Assembly (NCBI GenBank): GCA_903889895.1
Contig: CAISYZ010000070.1
Span: 34,368-98,367 of the forward strand
Direction: 5' to 3'
Origin: an uncultured Verrucomicrobia subdivision 3 bacterium
Lineage (GTDB): Bacteria > Verrucomicrobiota > Verrucomicrobiia > Limisphaerales > UBA11358
Length of the DNA: 64,000 bases
Of this stretch, positions 46,615 to 56,210 are shown in pieces (position 1 is the first letter of the stretch; each line of letters begins with the position of its first letter). The translations under genes were made by a program, and so were the position numbers. The notes beneath the pieces were generated by a model that ran no database searches, was not told the origin of the DNA, and saw only the letters and a program-made list of their open reading frames with translations.

Positions 46615-49083
46615 CTATTCCTTCAACAAAATGATGGCATCACGGTCGAACGGCGCGAGATGGATAGCTTCTCCGGCGGCCATTTGGCGGGTGAATAGTT
46701 GCGCGGGCACTAGCATCAATCGGTTGTCGCGCCAGACCAAACCGGGTTTTGAAATTTCCTGGAAACCGCTTTCCGTCAAAAATGAGGGCGTTGAATCCTG
46801 CTTCGTTGCCATGACGAAAACTGTCGCCGGGCGCGCGAGCTTGAAGCTCAAGTCGGTTTCTTGGCCGGCCTTGGTCACGCGGCGCAGCGCGATCCATTTC
46901 GCGCCTTCAATTTCCGGCGGCAGCGTGGCGAAAGAATTGTCCGCCGAGCCGTCAAGGTCGTAATAAACCGGCCACTGCGCCCGCACCGGCATGTCCATGA
47001 AGTAAGCCCGGTTGTTCGTGCCCGACGTTTGCAGATCGGTCACCAGCGGCGTAGCGGGCAATTCCGGCAAACCGTTCGCGCCGTAAAAATAAATTACGGC
47101 GGAATCGCTGTGGCCGGCCACATCAGAAACCATCGCCACGTTTTTGCCGGTGTGCAGCGGTGTTTTCCAGAAAAAAACATTGTCCACCCGGCGGCCGTTC
47201 GTCTGCGTGTAGCTGCCATTGGCCAGCGTGGAAATGATTTCGCCGTTGAGTGTGAGCGTCAGCTTCGCCGCGCTGCTGTATGCCTTGATGCCGTTGTCCA
47301 CCGCGCCGGTGCGGAGAAAATACCGCTGCGACGTGAGATGCACCGTCGGTTCATTCGGACGCAGGAAACAGCGATATAAATAATATACGTCCTTTTTGTC
47401 GCCAGCGTAGGTGAGCAGCCCTTTTGTGTTCCAGCCAACCGGCTTTTTGTATTTCACATCCGTAAAATCACGCAGCGTCCACCAGGTGAACATGCCGATG
47501 GAACCGTCGTTTTCCTTGAGCTGTTCTTGAAACCGTGCCTCGCCGAGCAACTGCTGGTATTCCTCCGGTTCATATTTATCAATGCGCACACTCGCATCCG
47601 CGTAATCGCAATGAATTGTCGTCACGCCGCCCGCGCCGGTTTCGCTGACGTAGCCCTTCTTGGCAAAACTCCAGGCATCGCCTTTGCCATACCAGCCGGG
47701 ATAACTGTTGATGCCGTGAAACGCCGCATTGGTGGATTTCATGTTCGCGACAACGACAATCCGCGTCGGGTCGAGCGCCTTGACGACCGGCACTTCACGG
47801 TCGGCCACTTCCTGCCCGGCTTCGTTGCCGACGGACCACAACGCGATGGACGGATGATTGTAATTCTGTTTCACCAATTCAGTCGTGATGCGGTCGGCGG
47901 TTTCGCCGGATTTATCGCCACGGTTGCTGTGACCATTTTCGGCCCAGCAGAAAATGCCCAGCTGGTCGCACAAATCATATTCGAGCTGCGCGTGCGGATA
48001 ATGTGGCAGCCGCATGAAGTTGAAACCTAAGTCCTGAATGAACGCGTAGTTGGCGCGGAAATCCTCATCCGCCATCGCAGAAGCTTTGGCCTCGATTTCC
48101 TGGTGCAAATCCGCGCCGAAGAGAATGATTGGCTTGCCGTTGAGCTTCACGCGGCCGGTGGTAGTTTCAAACACCAGATTGCGAAAGCCGGTCGGCTGCG
48201 TGATTTCGTCCACCACGTTGCCGTCGCGCAACAACTCTATTTTCACATGATATAAATTCGGCGTGGTCGGCTCCCAAAGTTTTGGCGACTTCACTTTGCC
48301 GGAAAATTCAAGGGCGGCACGTTCGCCTGCCGCAACTTTTGTCTTGCTGGTAAAAGTTTTCACCGCCGTGCCAGCCGGATCGAGCAGCGTCGCGCGAACC
48401 TCCACCGCTTGCTTCTGGCCGGCGGAATTTTTCACGAGCACTTTCACTGACAAATCGGCGCTCGCAGCGGAAACCTTTTGCGGCGTGATATAAACGCCCG
48501 GCGAAGCGTAATCTTCCAACTCAACGTGCAACGGGTCGGTGGCAACCAGCCAGACCTTGCGATAAAGCCCGCCCCAAATGGTATAAAGCCCGTTCTTGTT
48601 CGGCAGACAATCCGTCATGTTGGCGGGCGTATTGTCCACGCGCACCGCCAGTTCGTTCTGGTCGCTGGGTTTGAGCGCCTTCGTCGCGTCAAAAACAAAG
48701 CGCGTGTAGCCGCCACGATGCTGGCCGAGCGGTTGGCCGTTCACGAAAACATCCGCAATGGTCGCCGCGCCTTCAAAGACGAGGTAAAGCTGCTTGCCGG
48801 CAAATTCCGGCGGAACAGAAAGATTGCGGCGATACCAGCCGTGCGTGAGTTCGGAGAAATGCGCGCGCGTCTGAAAAACGTGCGGCACGCTCACGGCTGC
48901 CCACGACGCGGAAGCGAATTCCGCCGAGCCGATTTCCGGCAGCGCCGCCGCTGCGCCCGCGCCGGTGAACTGCCAGCCCGCGCCGGACAACAAGATTTGC
49001 TGCCGCACAGCCGGATTGCTGTCATCGGCGTTCGCCAGCATGCGCGCCACCAGCAGCAAAAGAAAGAGTGACCATTTTTTCAT
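46615..49083 (-). CDS. Glycoside hydrolase family 2
   Basis: Start MKKWSLFLLLLVARMLA (cat at 49081-49083). Sugar-binding block HGWYRR. TIM-barrel blocks NFMRLPHYPH, HPSIALWSVGNE and YVSETG. Confidence 0.8.
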   Translation of the reverse strand: MKKWSLFLLLLVARMLANADDSNPAVRQQILLSGAGWQFTGAGAAAALPEIGSAEFASASWAAVSVPHVFQTRAHFSELTHGWYRRNLSVPPEFAGKQLYLVFEGAATIADVFVNGQPLGQHRGGYTRFVFDATKALKPSDQNELAVRVDNTPANMTDCLPNKNGLYTIWGGLYRKVWLVATDPLHVELEDYASPGVYITPQKVSAASADLSVKVLVKNSAGQKQAVEVRATLLDPAGTAVKTFTSKTKVAAGERAALEFSGKVKSPKLWEPTTPNLYHVKIELLRDGNVVDEITQPTGFRNLVFETTTGRVKLNGKPIILFGADLHQEIEAKASAMADEDFRANYAFIQDLGFNFMRLPHYPHAQLEYDLCDQLGIFCWAENGHSNRGDKSGETADRITTELVKQNYNHPSIALWSVGNEAGQEVADREVPVVKALDPTRIVVVANMKSTNAAFHGINSYPGWYGKGDAWSFAKKGYVSETGAGGVTTIHCDYADASVRIDKYEPEEYQQLLGEARFQEQLKENDGSIGMFTWWTLRDFTDVKYKKPVGWNTKGLLTYAGDKKDVYYLYRCFLRPNEPTVHLTSQRYFLRTGAVDNGIKAYSSAAKLTLTLNGEIISTLANGSYTQTNGRRVDNVFFWKTPLHTGKNVAMVSDVAGHSDSAVIYFYGANGLPELPATPLVTDLQTSGTNNRAYFMDMPVRAQWPVYYDLDGSADNSFATLPPEIEGAKWIALRRVTKAGQETDLSFKLARPATVFVMATKQDSTPSFLTESGFQEISKPGLVWRDNRLMLVPAQLFTRQMAAGEAIHLAPFDRDAIILLKE

Positions 49084-49207
49084 AAATTTCCTGTTTGCGT
49101 GAATAGAATAAGACCGCCAGATGCGTCCATAGGTGACAAGCAAATTGCGCAGCGGCTTTGGGCTTTTGTTCCCTCCGGCTTTGGTGTTTCATTCCTACGC
49201 TTTGATT

Positions 49208-49945
49208 ATGCCCAAGCGCGCCGGCCTTCATATAATTTTTGTAATCGGCGCATTTACATTGATTGAACTGCTCGTCGTCATTGCCATCATCGCCATCCTC
49301 GCCGCGCTGCTGCTGCCGGCGCTGGCCCGCGCCAAGCAAAAGGGCCAGCAGGCGGTCTGCCTTTCCAATCTCAAACAAATCGGCCTCGCGTTCGAAATCT
49401 ACCTCACCGACAACAATAGCCATTTTCCGGACCGGCGCGATTTGAAATCCAGTCTGCCCAACGGCTACCGTCCGTGGACCACCTGGCCGCCGTCCGATCC
49501 GCGCGCTGGCTGGGCGGCAACAAATTTTTGGGCCGCGTGCCCGAACTGGAATGTCTGGTCCTGCCCGGCGGCGGTGAATTCACCGGTCGGCAACATCGTG
49601 CAATCTTTGCAAGCCACCTCGAATAACACCAACACGCCGCCGTGCCGCTACTGGGCCTGGCGCTTTGACCGGCCGGACGATCCCGTAGGACAGGAAGATT
49701 TTTGGGGCAAGTCAGAATCACAGGTGGTGGCCGATTTGGAGACTGCCAGTTTGACCGATGCAACGCTCGGCCCCATCGGCAGCGCTACGGATGTGGAACT
49801 GGTCGTGGATCCCTATTTTCCGAACTCCGTTCCCACCGTGCCCGCCGGTTTCAGCGGCCACACCATCCACGGCGGCGGACGTTGCCGCGTGTTTCTTGAC
49901 GGCCATATTCAATTTCTCCGCGACGCCCGCACGCCTCTGCAATAA
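49208..49945 (+). CDS. Prepilin-type N-terminal cleavage/methylation protein with an H-X9-DG motif
   Basis: [30 protein letters not shown] pseudopilin N-terminus. [12 protein letters not shown] at nt 49868-49903 fits H-X9-DG. Confidence 0.85.
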   Translation: MPKRAGLHIIFVIGAFTLIELLVVIAIIAILAALLLPALARAKQKGQQAVCLSNLKQIGLAFEIYLTDNNSHFPDRRDLKSSLPNGYRPWTTWPPSDPRAGWAATNFWAACPNWNVWSCPAAVNSPVGNIVQSLQATSNNTNTPPCRYWAWRFDRPDDPVGQEDFWGKSESQVVADLETASLTDATLGPIGSATDVELVVDPYFPNSVPTVPAGFSGHTIHGGGRCRVFLDGHIQFLRDARTPLQ

Positions 49946-49963
49946 CCGGCGGCAAAATCCAAA

Positions 49964-51667
49964 TCAAAGTTTAGCACGCTGCGCCGCGACCTGTTCTGGC
50001 GTGACCGACGAGGCGCCAGTTGCAAAGCGCGTGCGAATATAATTGATGACGCCGGCGATGTCAGCATCACTCAACACGTTGAAAGGTGGCATCGAGCCAG
50101 TGTATTTGGCGCGGTCGGCGGGCAGCACGGCGGCGGGGCCTTTCAGAAGAATGTTGATGAGCCGGGTCGGGTCGCCGGCGACAACAGCGCTGCCGATGAG
50201 CGGCGGTTGCATGGACGGCACGCCGCGTCCGTCCGGCATGTGGCAGGCAGCGCAGACCGTCGCAAAAATCTTGTTGGCGGGATTTTTGGGGTCGGCAACG
50301 GTGTTGTCCGTGCCGTCCGCGACGGCGGGGAGGTTGAAATTATTTTTCTTCGCCCTATTTTTCTCGCCGGTGTAAATCACGCGCCAGATGCGGCCTTTCT
50401 CGGTGTCGCTGATGTAAAGCGAGCCGTCCGGCCCGACGGCGACGCCGCACGGACGATATTTCGCGCCGCTGCCTTTGGCGTAAAATTCCGCGCCGGGAAT
50501 GCCCTCGACAAAATTCTCCCACTTGCCGGTCGGCATCCCTTGCGCGTCGAATGGAATGAACACGACCTTGTAACCGGCTTGCGGCAGCGGCGCGCGGTTC
50601 CACGAGCCGTGGAACGCGAGAAACATTCCGTTGCGATAATGTTCCGGGAACTGAGTGCCGTCGTAGAGGCACATTTGCAGCGGCGCCCAGTGCGCGGGAA
50701 AGGCGATGAGCGGCTTGTCGAATTCGGGATTGTCCGCGCGCTTGCGGTTGTCGCCGCCGTATTCCGGCGCGAGCATCCGCGCATTTTTAATTGGATCCCA
50801 ATAGGAATACGGCCAACCGATATTCACGCCTTCCTTGAGCAAGTGAAATTCCTCGGCGTCGCGCTCGGCGTTGTCGAGCGCGTCGTAGTCGGTGGGGTCA
50901 ACTATGTTCATGTTGTCGCGCCCCATCATGCACATGAAAAAATTCTTCGAAACCGGCTGCCACACGAGCGCGAGGCTGTGCCGGTGGCCGGTCGAGAAGC
51001 GCACGCCATCGGCCTGCGTCTGATTCGTCTTATCCGGGTCGAAGCGCCAGAAGCCGCCGTAGGTTTCCTGAAATTTTTCCACCTCGGCGTTGCTGAATCC
51101 TTTCGCGCCGAATTGCCGGTCGGGCTGGCTGAACACGTTATAAGGCGAGCCAATTTCCACGAGCATGTGGCCGCTTTCATCAAACGCGAACGCCTTCTGG
51201 TCGTGATCGCGTTGCGCTGGCAAATCATGGACGATGACTTCCAGCGGGCTGGAGGGCACGAGTTCACCGGGAATGTATTTGTAGCGATACACCGCCGTGC
51301 GGCTGGAGTGATACAAATAGCCGTTGTGAAACATGATGTGCGTGCCACCGTCGCCGGGGCCGAACTGCTCAATCACATCCGCCCGACCGTCGCCGTTCGT
51401 GTCGCGCAGCGCGAAAATCTGGCCGTAATGCCCCTTCGCGAAGACGTCGCCGTTCGGCGCGACGGCGAGGCCGCGCAGATTTTCATGGCTGTTGCCGACT
51501 TTTTTGCCGACGACCACGTTGTCCGCGTAAATCAGCGCGCGAAAGCCGGGCGGCAATACCAACCCGTCGTCATCGGCATCCGGCACGGGCAGCGCGCCCA
51601 TGCTGGCGGTCGCCGCGCAAACCAGACCGGCAAGATAAGCGATAAACGTCTTGTTCATTAGAGCCAT
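49964..51667 (-). CDS. PQQ-dependent sugar (sorbosone/glucose) dehydrogenase fused to a C-terminal c-type cytochrome domain
   Basis: Signal peptide, then a beta-propeller GSDH-like region (DTNGDGRAD, SLYISD). C-terminal CAACHMPDG haem motif. Alternative start MNKT at 51658. Confidence 0.75.
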   Translation of the reverse strand: MALMNKTFIAYLAGLVCAATASMGALPVPDADDDGLVLPPGFRALIYADNVVVGKKVGNSHENLRGLAVAPNGDVFAKGHYGQIFALRDTNGDGRADVIEQFGPGDGGTHIMFHNGYLYHSSRTAVYRYKYIPGELVPSSPLEVIVHDLPAQRDHDQKAFAFDESGHMLVEIGSPYNVFSQPDRQFGAKGFSNAEVEKFQETYGGFWRFDPDKTNQTQADGVRFSTGHRHSLALVWQPVSKNFFMCMMGRDNMNIVDPTDYDALDNAERDAEEFHLLKEGVNIGWPYSYWDPIKNARMLAPEYGGDNRKRADNPEFDKPLIAFPAHWAPLQMCLYDGTQFPEHYRNGMFLAFHGSWNRAPLPQAGYKVVFIPFDAQGMPTGKWENFVEGIPGAEFYAKGSGAKYRPCGVAVGPDGSLYISDTEKGRIWRVIYTGEKNRAKKNNFNLPAVADGTDNTVADPKNPANKIFATVCAACHMPDGRGVPSMQPPLIGSAVVAGDPTRLINILLKGPAAVLPADRAKYTGSMPPFNVLSDADIAGVINYIRTRFATGASSVTPEQVAAQRAKL

Positions 51668-51775
51668 TGAGACGCCAATCTAGGCGGACGGGTTTCCAAG
51701 TAAAGCGAAACTCTTGGCATTCCGGTTTTAACTTTCGTTCCGGCCCCGATTCGTGTTTCATCTTCCCGTTTCGAT

Positions 51776-53284
51776 ATGCCCAAACGCACCGACATCCACA
51801 GCGTCCTCATCATCGGCGCCGGCCCGATCATCATCGGCCAGGCGTGCGAGTTCGATTATTCCGGCACCCAGGCGTGCAAAGCCCTCCGCGAGGAAGGCTA
51901 CCGCGTCGTCCTCATCAACTCCAACCCGGCCACCATCATGACCGACCCGGAGTTCGCCGACCGCACCTACATCGAACCCATCACGCCGGAATGCGTGGAG
52001 AAAATCATCATCCGCGAGAAGGAAGCGATGAAAGCCATGGGCGCGAAGGGCAAACTCGTTTTGCTTCCGACGCTCGGCGGTCAAACCGCATTGAACACCG
52101 CGATGTCCCTCCACAAAAACGGCGCGCTCGCCCGTCACGACGTGGAAATGATCGGCGCGAAACCCGAAGCCATTCACAAGGGCGAAGACCGGTTCGCGTT
52201 CAAGGAACTCATGCTCCAGATCGGTCTCGACGTTCCCATCTCCGGCGTCGCGCACAATCTCGACGAAGCCCGCGATGTCGCGAAGAAGATCGGCCGTTTC
52301 CCGCTCATCATCCGGCCCGCCTTCACGCTCGGCGGCACGGGCGGCGGCATCGGCTACAATCAGGACGAGTTCGAAGCCATCGCCAAGAACGGCATCGAGC
52401 TTTCGCCCGTGAACGAAATCCTCATCGAGGAATCCCTGCTCGGCTGGAAGGAATACGAAATGGAAGTGATGCGCGACAAGGCCGACAACTGCGTCATCAT
52501 CTGCTCCATCGAAAACTTCGATCCCATGGGCGTCCACACCGGCGACAGCATCACCGTCGCGCCCATCCAGACGCTCACCGACAAGGAATTTCAGATCATG
52601 CGCGACCAGAGCTTCGCCGTGATCCGCGCCGTGGGTGTCGAGACCGGCGGCTCGAACATCCAGTTTGGCGTCAGCCCGGAGAACGGCCGCATGGTCATCA
52701 TTGAAATGAACCCGCGCGTCAGCCGCAGTTCCGCGCTCGCGTCCAAGGCCACCGGCTTTCCCATCGCGAAGATCGCCGCCAAACTCGCCGTCGGCTACCT
52801 GCTCGACGAACTCAAGAACGACATCACGCGCGAAACCCCCGCGAGCTTCGAGCCGAGCATTGATTACGTCGTCACCAAGATTCCGCGCTTTGCCTTTGAG
52901 AAATTCCCGCAAGCCGACCCCACGCTCACCACGCAGATGAAATCCGTCGGCGAAGCGATGGCCATTGGCCGCACCTTTAAGGAAAGTTTGCAAAAATGCC
53001 TGCGCTCGCTGGAGATCGGCCGCAGCGGCCTGGGCGGCGACGGCAAACCCTGGCGTATCGGCACGGAAGTCTATGGCGACCGCGACATCCTGCCGCGCGA
53101 CGTCATCAGCCGCAAGCTGAGCGTGCCCAACGCCGAACGCATCTTCTTCATCCGCCACGCCCTGCGCGCCGGCTTCACCATCGAGGAGATTTTCAACCTC
53201 ACGAAGATTGACCGCTGGTTTCTGGTGCAGATCAAAGAGATTGTGGATTTTGAGGAAGAACTCGCCACCGCCAAGAACTGTTGA
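51776..53284 (+). CDS. carB: Carbamoyl-phosphate synthase large subunit, N-terminal half only (truncated or split)
   Basis: [57 protein letters not shown] and the first ATP-grasp domain are unmistakable. The ORF ends at ...[25 protein letters not shown]. That point lies inside the oligomerisation domain of what is normally a protein of about 1070 aa. Confidence 0.9.
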   Translation: MPKRTDIHSVLIIGAGPIIIGQACEFDYSGTQACKALREEGYRVVLINSNPATIMTDPEFADRTYIEPITPECVEKIIIREKEAMKAMGAKGKLVLLPTLGGQTALNTAMSLHKNGALARHDVEMIGAKPEAIHKGEDRFAFKELMLQIGLDVPISGVAHNLDEARDVAKKIGRFPLIIRPAFTLGGTGGGIGYNQDEFEAIAKNGIELSPVNEILIEESLLGWKEYEMEVMRDKADNCVIICSIENFDPMGVHTGDSITVAPIQTLTDKEFQIMRDQSFAVIRAVGVETGGSNIQFGVSPENGRMVIIEMNPRVSRSSALASKATGFPIAKIAAKLAVGYLLDELKNDITRETPASFEPSIDYVVTKIPRFAFEKFPQADPTLTTQMKSVGEAMAIGRTFKESLQKCLRSLEIGRSGLGGDGKPWRIGTEVYGDRDILPRDVISRKLSVPNAERIFFIRHALRAGFTIEEIFNLTKIDRWFLVQIKEIVDFEEELATAKNC

Positions 53285-53307
53285 GAGGATGCTTGGGAGT
53301 TTCTGAC

Positions 53308-54030
53308 ATGAACGCACAAATAAGAGAATTCTATCGGGAACTCGATTTGGAGGCCGGTGCAGACTTGGTTGCGGTTCGACAATCGTATCGCCAGCTTGTG
53401 AAAGTTTGGCATCCAGACCGTTTCGGCCACGATCAGAAGCTCCAAGCCGTTGCGAACGACAAGCTAAAGAAAATCAACTTTGCATTCGAATCATTAGTCG
53501 CGTTCTTTGAAAGCGGAGGAAAGGCTGAAACTTCTCCTCCACCAAAAGCCGAATCGTCGCCGAAAACGTCTCGGAGTCCGTCGGCTGAAGAGATTTACCG
53601 GATTGGAATCGACCGATACTACGCAAGAGACTACCACAGCGCGGCACATTTTTTTGGACAAGCAGCGGAGTTGGGTGACGCAAAAGCCCAGTATGCAATC
53701 GGGTTCATGCTTTACCAGCACACTACCCGCAATGTTTTCACGTTGCGCAAACAGTCCAAGAATGAACATGAGGCGTTGATTTGGTGGCACAAGGCTGCCG
53801 AGCAAGGAAACTCGAATGCGCAATATATGCTGGGCATTTGCTATCAATACGCCAACAGCACACCCTATGATGGAACAGAGGCAAGAAAATGGTTTGAACG
53901 TGCTGCCTCAAGCGGTCACCACCTTGCAAAAGACCGCTTAAAACAGATTGCCATTTTTCATTCAATTCGCGCTGTGCCACTGGCCAAGTGGGTGATGGAA
54001 GCTCCACCAGGAGCACCATTGCCAAATTGA
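53308..54030 (+). CDS. J-domain protein with C-terminal Sel1-like repeats
   Basis: J-domain FYRELDLEAGADLVAVRQSYRQLVKVWHPDRF, with HPD at nt 53410-53418. A Ser/Pro linker follows. Three Sel1-like units are marked by AQYAIGFMLYQ, WWHKAAEQGNSNAQYMLGICYQ and ARKWFERAASSGHHLA. Low GC. Confidence 0.75.
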   Translation: MNAQIREFYRELDLEAGADLVAVRQSYRQLVKVWHPDRFGHDQKLQAVANDKLKKINFAFESLVAFFESGGKAETSPPPKAESSPKTSRSPSAEEIYRIGIDRYYARDYHSAAHFFGQAAELGDAKAQYAIGFMLYQHTTRNVFTLRKQSKNEHEALIWWHKAAEQGNSNAQYMLGICYQYANSTPYDGTEARKWFERAASSGHHLAKDRLKQIAIFHSIRAVPLAKWVMEAPPGAPLPN

Positions 54031-54031
54031 A

Positions 54032-54595
54032 TCAAGTTTCCATTCCGTCAGTTATTACATCCACGGTAACGGTCAGTAGCGTCATCGCTTCATCGAATTT
54101 GTCCTTCACTTCCAGAAGGTTCACCTTTTTGTCATGTGCAGAACCCTGTTGCGGGTATCTGAAATTCTCGCCGAAGGGATCGTTTTCGTTGAACCAAATC
54201 ATCGCGGCTTCAGTGATGTCATAATACTCGTCAAAGCCGTCCTTCTTGGCGTCACTGACTCCTCCGTTTTGCCAAAGCGTGTAGAACTCTTTTTTGAGCC
54301 TTTTGTGGAGTTCCAGAAAATCATGCCGGTCTTTTCGAGGGTTGTATTTTGTGCCGTTGAATTCGCAGATTTTGGTGATTGTGTATTTGTAGCCCAATTC
54401 CATCGCGTGACGCATCATGAAAAGCAGAGGCATGGAAATTCTGTCGGCAGTTTCATTGCCCTCTGAAACTTCTCGAAATAGCTTGTTCACGGCGTCCTGA
54501 TAGAACGACATGAACACATTGAATTTTAGATACAGGCCAACATGTGCCGTAAAATGGCCTTCATGAAGATTTCGGGGATTGTTGCTGCGTTTCAC
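54032..54595 (-). CDS. Hypothetical 187-aa cytoplasmic protein, no family recognised
   Basis: Low-GC ORF convergent with the J-domain gene (1-nt gap) and divergent from the integrase. Mostly helical, with no TM segment or signal peptide. Confidence 0.5.
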   Translation of the reverse strand: MKRSNNPRNLHEGHFTAHVGLYLKFNVFMSFYQDAVNKLFREVSEGNETADRISMPLLFMMRHAMELGYKYTITKICEFNGTKYNPRKDRHDFLELHKRLKKEFYTLWQNGGVSDAKKDGFDEYYDITEAAMIWFNENDPFGENFRYPQQGSAHDKKVNLLEVKDKFDEAMTLLTVTVDVITDGMET

Positions 54596-54650
54596 AATTT
54601 CGCGTTAGTCTTGGATTTCAAGATTGAGTTGTCCATTGCAATTCTTCTCC

Positions 54651-54763
54651 GGCTACGCAGCTCCGTCAGGAGCGAAATCTTTGTAGCCACCCGCGCCACC
54701 CCATTCCCCAGCCCCGTCGGGGCGGCATATTCCGGTGCTTGCGCACGGCCACCAGACGGAGCT
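54651..54763. other. Structured GC-rich segment upstream of the integrase (nested inverted repeats plus a G-quadruplex-type tract on the minus strand)
   Basis: agctccgtc (54659-54667) pairs with gacggagct (54755-54763). ggctac (54651-54656) pairs with gtagcc (54683-54688). A gcccc-gtc-ggggc hairpin lies at 54711-54723. The C-tract at 54688-54715 reads GGGGCTGGGGAATGGGGTGGCGCGGG on the minus strand. Confidence 0.4.
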
Positions 54764-54932
54764 TGAAACCTTGTTTGATTTTGGCTGCTACAACTATGCC
54801 GCGCCTGCCGGCGCTGCAAATGAATCCCAACGGGACACAATATATTTGCGCATTGTCCATAAAATACAAATCTTATAAAAATAGTTGCCTTCCGGTTGCC
54901 AATACTTTTCAAATCGGGTATATTGGGTGGCA

Positions 54933-56204
54933 ATGAAAGCACCGAAGGCACGATTCAAGATTTTGCCCTACACCAATCCGCGCACAGGCACGCCAAGCTG
55001 GCGGGTCACCGGCACCCGCCGTAATGGCGAACGCATCCGCGAGAATTTCGCTCGCGCCGAGGAGGCGCAATATCGGCACACGGAGTTGGAGGGCGAGTTT
55101 CATGCGGCCAACGGCGTGGCGGCGCTGCGGGCCACACGGCTGACGGATGAACAGGTTGGGATTGCTGAAGCCGCTTTCAAGCGGCTGGAGCAGGATGGTG
55201 ATTTGATCACGGCGGTGGATCATTGGCTGCGAACGGGCAAGCCGAAAACCATCAAGGAATCCCCCCGGCTGGACGAGGCATTGAAAATATATGCGGACTG
55301 GCTGACCACCACCACGGATTTACGTGCACTGACCAAATACCATCTACGCAACCGGGTGACGCACTTCGTCAGCAATGTCTCCAACCTGCGGGTCACAGAT
55401 GTATTGCCGGAGCATATCGAAAAATATCTTGCCCAACGCAATGTGTCGGCGAACACCAAGGATGCGGATTGCCGGGCGATTTCGAGTTTCTTCACCTGGT
55501 GCATGAAGGGCAAGCGGCATTGGTGTGTGAATAATCCGTGCTACGCCGTCGAGATTGAAGGGCTGACGAGCGATGATGATCGCGAACCGGTGGTGCTGCC
55601 GGTGAACGACTGCGCGGCGCTGTTGCGCGCGGCCGAGAACTTTGAAAAAGGCCATCTCGTGCCGTATGTGGCACTCTGCCTATTTGGCGGGCTGCGGCCA
55701 TTTGAGGCGGCGCGGTTGTCGTGGGAGCAGGTCAATCTAGCCGATGGTGAAATTCGCCTGAAGGGAACGCAGACCAAAACCGGCAAGGGGCGGATTGTGG
55801 TGATTTCCAAGACGCTCAAGGCGTGGTTGACCAAGTATCGTAAGGCCGGTGAGATTTATCGCTCGCCGTATGATGCCGATCTCAAAAAAGTGCGCGCCGT
55901 CACCGGGTATGGGCCAAAGAACGAGAAACAGCCGGACTTGAAGCCGTGGGTGCCGGATGTGTTACGGCACACGGCGATCTCGCATTATTTCCGACTGACG
56001 GGCAGCTACGGCCGGACGGCGGAGCAGTTCGGCAATTCCGAGGGCATCATCAAGAAGCATTACCAGGGGCGGGTCACAAGCGCGGAGACGAAGGCGTTTT
56101 ATGCGCTGCGGCCGGTGGCAGCACCACAGCCAAAAACACGGGCGAAAAAAACGGCCAAGCTGGCGAAAAATATGGGGGACCCAGCGGTCGAGGGGGTGGT
56201 GTAG
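54933..56204 (+). CDS. Tyrosine-type site-specific recombinase/integrase
   Basis: Start MKAPKARFKILPY (atg at 54933). The catalytic region contains GGLRPFEAARL, DVLRHTAISHYF and IIKKHYQG, matching the R..HxxR..Y pattern. Confidence 0.85.
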   Translation: MKAPKARFKILPYTNPRTGTPSWRVTGTRRNGERIRENFARAEEAQYRHTELEGEFHAANGVAALRATRLTDEQVGIAEAAFKRLEQDGDLITAVDHWLRTGKPKTIKESPRLDEALKIYADWLTTTTDLRALTKYHLRNRVTHFVSNVSNLRVTDVLPEHIEKYLAQRNVSANTKDADCRAISSFFTWCMKGKRHWCVNNPCYAVEIEGLTSDDDREPVVLPVNDCAALLRAAENFEKGHLVPYVALCLFGGLRPFEAARLSWEQVNLADGEIRLKGTQTKTGKGRIVVISKTLKAWLTKYRKAGEIYRSPYDADLKKVRAVTGYGPKNEKQPDLKPWVPDVLRHTAISHYFRLTGSYGRTAEQFGNSEGIIKKHYQGRVTSAETKAFYALRPVAAPQPKTRAKKTAKLAKNMGDPAVEGVV

Positions 56205-56210
56205 ACGCGT

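Noticed and set aside
50207-51661. A 484-aa plus-strand ORF opposite the PQQ dehydrogenase gene.
   Set aside because: It is an Arg/Val/Ala-rich antisense artefact. The minus-strand frame has a signal peptide, propeller blocks and a CxxCH motif.
51667-53317. Two long alternative ORFs over carB: 51667-52704 on the plus strand and 51758-53317 on the minus strand.
   Set aside because: The first is a frame-shifted Arg/His/Pro-rich reading of carB and the second is its antisense. The carB frame is unmistakable.
54305-54328. A possible HEPN Rx4-6H nuclease motif (RHDFLELH, an R-x6-H spacing) in the 187-aa orphan protein.
   Set aside because: A single short pattern in the middle of the protein, with no other HEPN hallmarks that I can verify by eye, could easily arise by chance. 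It is kept only as a hint for a profile search.
53285-54932. A tRNA or tmRNA gene as the integration target at the island boundary.
   Set aside because: I found no cloverleaf, no GGTTCGAATCC-type T-arm and no acceptor-stem pairing by eye in 53285-53307 or 54596-54932. The gene abutting the composition break is carB. A tRNAscan or Infernal run would be decisive.
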